A stretch of 64,000 nt of DNA from Chrysomallon squamiferum (taxonomy: Eukaryota; Animalia; Mollusca), in the NCBI GenBank assembly GCA_012295275.1, contig CM022675.1, forward strand, positions 10,726,001-10,790,000, read 5' to 3'. Every line of letters begins with the position of its first letter. Position 1 is the first letter of the stretch. Positions 56,843 through 64,000 of the stretch are shown piece after piece. The notes beneath the pieces were generated by a model that saw only the letters and a program-made list of their open reading frames with translations, ran no database searches and was not told the DNA's origin. The translations under genes and the position numbers were made by a program.

Positions 56843-57472
56843 CATAACATAACATAACATAACATAACATAACATAAAAAAAAAGAAACAAAGAAAGAAA
56901 GAAACATGCCAGCTAGACAAAAATATAAAAATAAAATAAAAAAATAAAAAGTTTATATAAAAGGACTAGATTTAGACGCTGTTTTTAAACAGCCAATTAT
57001 TTTTTTTTATCCTGCGATCTTGTTTGCAAGCGGGTCAAAGTTGACAGGGAATCATAAATTACCTGAACAGAAATCTAATACATTTCTGTTGCACTCGCCA
57101 ACTTCGATTAAGTAATTCTAAGAGGGTGTCTTTCAGCAAACTAATTTGTGCTGGCGGCGATGTTAACCTCTTAGCGACTCAGACAGCCATTTGCAACTTT
57201 ACAGCTTTTCTGACCTGAGAGATTTTGTGTTTTTTAAACCTGCGTGCGGTTTTTAATTTTCTTGGTTGTAGAATTTAAGAGTGTTTAAGATACATAATTA
57301 TAAACTGATTGTTTTCATGTCCTCCTAAATGATAAAAAAAAAAAAAAAACGAAAACAAAAAAGACATCTAATTTTTGTTTTAATTTTTTTTTATTAAATT
57401 GCATATAATAAAGTTTATTAACTGTGTGTGTGTGTGTGTGTGTTTGTGTGTGTATTTGTGTATGTCTGTGTG

Positions 57473-57503
<31 letters not shown>

Positions 57504-58100
57504 ATGTATTTATGTATGTATAAGATGGAACAATTATCTAAATTATCGTGACATGCAAAACGGGATTATTATTATTATTATTATTGTTGTTGTTGTTGTT
57601 GTATTTGTTGTTATCGGAATTATTATTATTATTATTATTATTGCTGTTGTTGTTGCTGTTGTCTTTGCGTTGTTTTTATAATTATTGTTATTGTTGTTGT
57701 TATTGTTTTCATCATTATCATCATCATTACCATAATCATCATCATCATTACATTATTATTAAACCGATGACATCGGTTAAAACAATCAAATGACGTAATG
57801 TCCACCCTTCATCTCTCATTGGTTAATCCGGTTTTAATTCACAGATTATTACAAGGATTACATCTTAAATCCCAGTGTACACCTTTTATAAATTACTGGT
57901 CGCTAGAACAATTCTGTCGGAGCTATATATCCCGTTCCAGCTGTCTCTTTGCATTGTTAAAAAGAACATGATACCATATCCTTTGTTATTCTGATTATCC
58001 AGTAATGTGAAAGAATTGGGGTTTTCTGCCTAATACCTTCAGTGCAAATTTGTTTGATTGACAGCCAAAGTGGGATGGGCCTAAGAAGTCAAAGTGCGTG

Positions 58101-58405
58101 AAGCGAGCAAGGTTCAGTGGTTAGAGCGTGTGACTGAGGCATGATGGGTAGTTTGGACTCTTCTCTTCGGCGTCATCTCTGTGTAATTTACTGCACGATA
58201 TTACAACTATCCGTGATATGGTTTTTTTCCTGTTTAGTGGAAGGTGCATATAAAACATTACTTTCTTCTAACTGAAAAAAGACTAACACTTATTTGGTAG
58301 AGGCGCTTTTCTTTTCTTTTTCCATTTTTGTATGATCACTTAGCATTATAGTTAAATGACACAATATAAATCGTAGACTAAAATGTTTTAGTTGACTATT
58401 GAATA
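58101..58405 (+). mobile_element. Degenerate tRNA-derived SINE, Meta/MESC-core type
   Basis: A-box-like head (GGTTCAGTGGTTAGAGCG). The central CCGTGATATG...TCCTGTTTAGTGGAAGGTGCATATAAAA (58211-58255) resembles the Meta/MESC SINE core as I recall it (GGCCGTGGTATG...TCCTGTCTGTGGGATGGTGCATATAAAAGA). The tail is AT-rich. Family identity is from memory, not from a search. Confidence 0.55.
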
Positions 58406-58508
58406 CTTTTAATTTTTATTATTATAATTATTTTTAAATTTATTTTCCTTTCCTTTTTTACTTTACTTTTTTTTATCTTTTCTCTTCTTTTAAATTTTAA
58501 TTTTTACT

Positions 58509-58539
<31 letters not shown>

Positions 58540-59989
58540 GTTTAATATAATTTAATTTAATATTTTATTATTGAAGGGAAATTCATGACAAACACCACCT
58601 CCGCTTTATGCCGTTCACATTATTACCGTATCAAGTAAAAAGTCATTACAGGCGCGGTAGTTTTATGATAAACATCCACAGGCAAATAACACAAATCACA
58701 TGGTTATTGGTTCGTAATATAATCATTAAGCTATTCATATTCACTGACATACTGTAACCTCCTAAACACATTAATTAATTTCTTTCTGGTATTGCACGTT
58801 ACACACAAACATTTACATAAATCTTTGGAACAAACTGTGAAATGACAGAATCGATATCGTAAAATACGTAGTTGTTATATGTTATGTACTCGACTTTTAT
58901 AAATAGTATTACTTATTATTTTGTATTATTGTAATATTTTCATAATAGCTTACTTTATATTAATATATGTAAAACGAAACATACATATTTACTTACTACA
59001 TACATGCTTTTTATATTCATACGTACAATATTAGTATTAATATATTTATTATTGGTTGTTTATGTTAAATATGACACATCAGTATTGTTCAGCTTTATGA
59101 CTGTTTATTGCTCATAATTTATGATAATATTAAAAGACAATACTATTTTTTTTATTATAATTCAGTCGTGTTTTTTACTGTTTTTGTGTAAACGTATACA
59201 TATTTTCTTATAAATAAATATTCTAAATAAATAAATAAATGAACTAATTGCTAAATAAATAAATAAGCAATTTTAAATAAGCAAGAATAATAAAAAAATA
59301 TATATATATAAAATAAAAATCCTTTAATACAAATCACCACTCATCCCCCAAAATAACAAAGAAAACAATAACAAAAAACAAACAAAAACAAACACCCATG
59401 CATTTAAGTACAGAGTTACATATAAATAATAAATAATAAATAAATAAATGACAAGCATTGCTGTTTTATTTTTTAACAAACCTTATATAAAAAAAATATA
59501 TAAAAAATAAAAAATTTGAACCTTTTTCTCTTCTATTTCATTTTTTAATGTTTTTAACTTTTTATTTAGGATTATTTATTTATTATTTATTTTTTAATTT
59601 TATAAAAAATATAAATAAGACTAAGCGACACATAAGAACTGTATAATTAATTGCATGTGTAATTCTTATTACTTATTATTAATATTTTTTTCTTCTTCAT
59701 ATTTTGTTTGCCTTGCAATATACACTTCTCCTCTAAGGTAATATTATTGTTTGTACAGCTTTGTCACTGACAGAAACTCTATTATTGACTGATCTACCAA
59801 AAGACACGATATATAGAAAATAAACTAAATGATATGGGTGAGTCCTATGAGAGTAACACGCACACACACACATTGTGTTTGTTTTCTCATTTGTTGTTAC
59901 CATTATTATTATCACCGAAATACATCATCTTTGTTTTTTTAATTATTATTAGTATTCTTGTTGACGTTGTTGTTGTTGTTATTATATTA

Positions 59990-60160
<171 letters not shown>

Positions 60161-61441
60161 GTGTATCTGTCCTAAAAATATTTTTTGTATGAGGAGGTAT
60201 TATATTAACATTTCTATTGCTAATAATCAAATAATTCTATATAAATTATAATAAAATGTAGTTTATCTTAATTCCATTAAATGAATACACCTTTTTTTTT
60301 TTAAATTAATAAACAGGGAAACAGACACATATACATAGACACAATGAAATAAAAATAGAAACAAAATTATGTTCATATTCAAAGATAAAATGAAAATTCA
60401 TTTAAATTTATTTCATTGTTTGACAATATCGAATACTATTTTGCAGTTTATTTTAATGTTGTTTTTTTTTATATTATATTATTTTTAATTGTATTTTAAT
60501 TTTATTAAATTATTGAATATTATTTTCTTTAATATATGAAAAATATATTTTAATAAATACATTTTAGTTTTAGCTGTTTACAAAAATAAATAATAATAAT
60601 AATAATAAATAATAATAAAAATATGTTAAATAAGCACACACATATATGTATCTTAATTACAAATTAATTTATGAGATTTCTTCTTCACACATGTGAAATA
60701 ATTATGCATATTAGTAAACTATTATGGTTCACTATTACAACAAATTAATTATCATAATATTATTTTAATTTTTATTAAATTATAATAGATGCAGAGAAAG
60801 AGAAAAAAAAAAAAAATTATTTAATAAAATAATAATGCAGAAAAAAAAAAAAAAAAAAAAAAATAAAATAATAATAAAATAAAATATTATTTGAGAATAT
60901 TTCATTTATTAATCAAACATATATGTGCATATTTATATATATATTTACAATCAAGGTGTTTTAATTAATCATATAATATACCCATTATTAATCCATATTA
61001 TGTATCAATAAATAATAAATATAATATATATAGAATTCTTTTACCGTTAACATATATCTGTCCTGTTTTAGAAATACTAATATATAATAACTAAATAATA
61101 CGTTTATTTAAACCTTTTTCTGATTAATTTCTCAAATTTTGTCTATATATTACATTTATGTGAGTATTATCCTTGCATAGAAAGATAAATTATTAACATT
61201 ACAATATGTAGATTTCTTCCACAGAAATATCAATAGAGAGTATTATTATTATTTTATATATATTTTATATAACAGACATGTAGAGAGATACAGACATATA
61301 TAGACATATATAGACATATATAGACATACTACAAATAAATATATGCACGTAATTTACCCCCCGCACAAACACAAAGTATTTAATTTTGTTTTCCCCCAAT
61401 TACGATATCGTAATATACCCAAATTTCTCCCCTGCCTCGTG

Positions 61442-61497
61442 TGTGAAATGTGTGTGAAATGTACACATGTGAAATGTACACGTGTGAAATGTACACA
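61442..61497. repeat. 15-bp tandem repeat TGTGAAATGTACAC(A/G), 3 copies plus a partial
   Basis: Units start at 61453, 61468 and 61483, with a partial unit at 61442. Confidence 0.9.
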
Positions 61498-61950
61498 ATC
61501 TCCTCGGTCGCGCCACGTGTTCTGTTTCATTGGAGGCGATGCGCATTTTCGAGATTCCACTTAGCACGATTCGGAACCCGAGCGAGCGAGCGAGCGTCTT
61601 TTCCGTGATTAACGTGGCTGTGTATAAACGTAGCGTCGGAGCGAGAATATCGTTCTAAACAAACCTGGGTATTGTCAAGTCACATTCCAAAAAAAAAAAA
61701 AACCCAGAGTTTCTGACACGACCCATTTAGATTTTGAAAGTTGGAAGCGGGGGGTAGGGGGCGAAAATGAGAAGAAAAAAAAAGAAGAAGATAGCAAGTA
61801 ATTTGGAAGAATTAAAATAATGGATATAACGATGAAGATAAAAGTAAATAATTTGTATAAATATTAAAAATAAGTAAAGAGAATGGAGAATTTTTTTTTT
61901 TTTTTTAAATTAGAAGTTATTTTTAAAATTACTAACCATGCGACAGTATG

Positions 61951-61986
<36 letters not shown>

Positions 61987-62507
61987 CAACAATAATAATA
62001 ACCGTCAACAACAATAAAATAATAAATAAAAAAAAAAAAAAAAAAAAAAAAAAATCAAATGTGAAATAAAACGAAACAATCGATAACAGAATGTATAATT
62101 GGAAAACTAATTATAAATATTGAAAGCAAGAACAATTAGCTATGTTTATTTTAAAGATATACTAGAAGATAAATTAATGTACCTGTAACTGTTTATGTTT
62201 AATTATAAGATATAATAACGCTCTGAATAATAATCAATATTTTACAAACTGCAGAAAAGAAATTCACCCGCATTTCATAAAAAGGTAATTACCAGAAAAT
62301 TTGTTTTTTATTTATTTTATATTTTAAATAAAAATGAATAATCAAGAAATCCGGATATAATAAAAGGTGTGGCAGCTGTACGTATATAATTATACGGTTT
62401 TGATATAAAGAAATAAACTAATATATAAATTAAATGAACCAACAAATAAGTATATTTAAATATATAAGTAAATAAATAAATGTAAAACATTTTTAATAGT
62501 AATAGTA

Positions 62508-62566
<59 letters not shown>

Positions 62567-62570
62567 AATA

Positions 62571-62610
<40 letters not shown>

Positions 62611-62633
62611 CAATAAACAAGCGAAAAATGTCC

Positions 62634-62697
<64 letters not shown>

Positions 62698-63157
62698 AAT
62701 AAAAAGATAAAAAAAATAATTGCGTGTTTAGAGTCGCCTGAAGAATGATAAAACAAGTTAACTACTCAAATGCCTTTGTGTTGGGATACCAAATTATTTT
62801 TTTTGTTGTTGTTGTTCTTCTTAAAATGTAATTATTTTTTACTGGTAATAGCATGCTGACATTAAATGTAGACATTTTTACAAAATTCCTTTCTAATTTA
62901 TTATTTTTATTTATTATTTATTTATTTATTTATTTATTTATCCCTTAGTTTATTTATTTATTTATTTATCCCTTAGTTTATTTATTTATTTATTTATTCC
63001 TTAGTTTATTTATTTATTTATTTATTTATTTATTATTATGAACAATTTATGTAAAAACTGAGATGTTTTAGAAATAAATAAATAAATAAATAAATAATAT
63101 AATATAAAATAAAATAAAATAAAATAAAAAATTAATGTTATCTATGTATAACTAAAT

Positions 63158-63208
<51 letters not shown>

Positions 63209-63931
63209 TGTAGTATTATTAGTATTAGAAGTAACAATAATAGTAATAATACTAACAGTAACAGTAATAGTAATAACAGTAACAGAAATAGCAGTAGTAA
63301 TAATTTATAGGAACATCAGAAGCAATAACACTTGATAGTTATAATAGTCATACCAGCAGCAGAAGTATTAGTACTTGTAGTAATAGTATTAGTAGCAGTC
63401 ACAGAAGCAGTAGCAGTAGTAGTTGTAGTAGTAGTGCATTAGTGTAATGTAATAAAGATTAATTGTAATAACAGTGGTAAAACCATCGGTATTGCTAATG
63501 TTCTTTCTCTTATTTCAATTATTACTGCAACACTACTAATTATTTCACTATTTTTAATACCTCAACCACAACGTCTTAACCATTACAGCAACTACTAACA
63601 CTGCCACTGCAACCTGTTGCTGCTACTTCAACTACTGCGGCTGCTTTTCCTATTATTAAAATTTCTATTCATGATAATTAAAACAACTTATTTTATTATG
63701 TTTTCTTCGCGCATATGAAATAAATTTACATATTAAAAAGAGATTTTTTATTAATGGTCTGATTTACATATATATATATATGAATGCAAAAAAAATATAT
63801 AACAAATGCAATCATGATAATAATATTATTTGAAACCTTTCACAGTATGTATATGATAAACTAAGCCATTTATTTCAGCCATAAATGTTTAACAAATTTA
63901 ATACATATTTTTTGTAACTCAGTATTTTAAT

Positions 63932-63934
<3 letters not shown>

Positions 63935-64000
<66 letters not shown>
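63935..64000. repeat. (GA)n microsatellite running off the window end
   Basis: Directly visible. Confidence 0.98.

Overview
AT-rich, microsatellite-saturated animal genomic DNA from inside a Hox cluster, probably a lophotrochozoan and plausibly a gastropod mollusc (inferred from the KKEHK(M)PNTK homeodomain flank and a Meta/MESC-type SINE remnant). The only protein-coding gene I can support is a two-exon Hox4/Deformed (Dfd) gene on the minus strand: exon 1 at 41138-41593, a 9.8 kb phase-1 intron, and exon 2 at 31031-31335. As given, exon 1 is one base short. The conserved MSSFLMN/PKFPP N-terminus and the YPWM motif plus splice donor lie in different frames, and the YPWM/homeodomain frame is open back to upstream ATGs. 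A homopolymer assembly error is the most likely cause, but this is the main thing to check. The rest is non-coding: short CpG-containing, sequence-complex islands (candidate enhancers and insulators with Pbx-Hox, Meis, CTCF, CRE and NF-Y/E-box motifs) separated by simple-repeat spacers, plus a few short dispersed repeats, a Tc1/mariner remnant and a SINE remnant. Almost all ORFs in the supplied track are microsatellite artefacts. I did not find miR-10, miR-993, Hox3 or Scr by eye.
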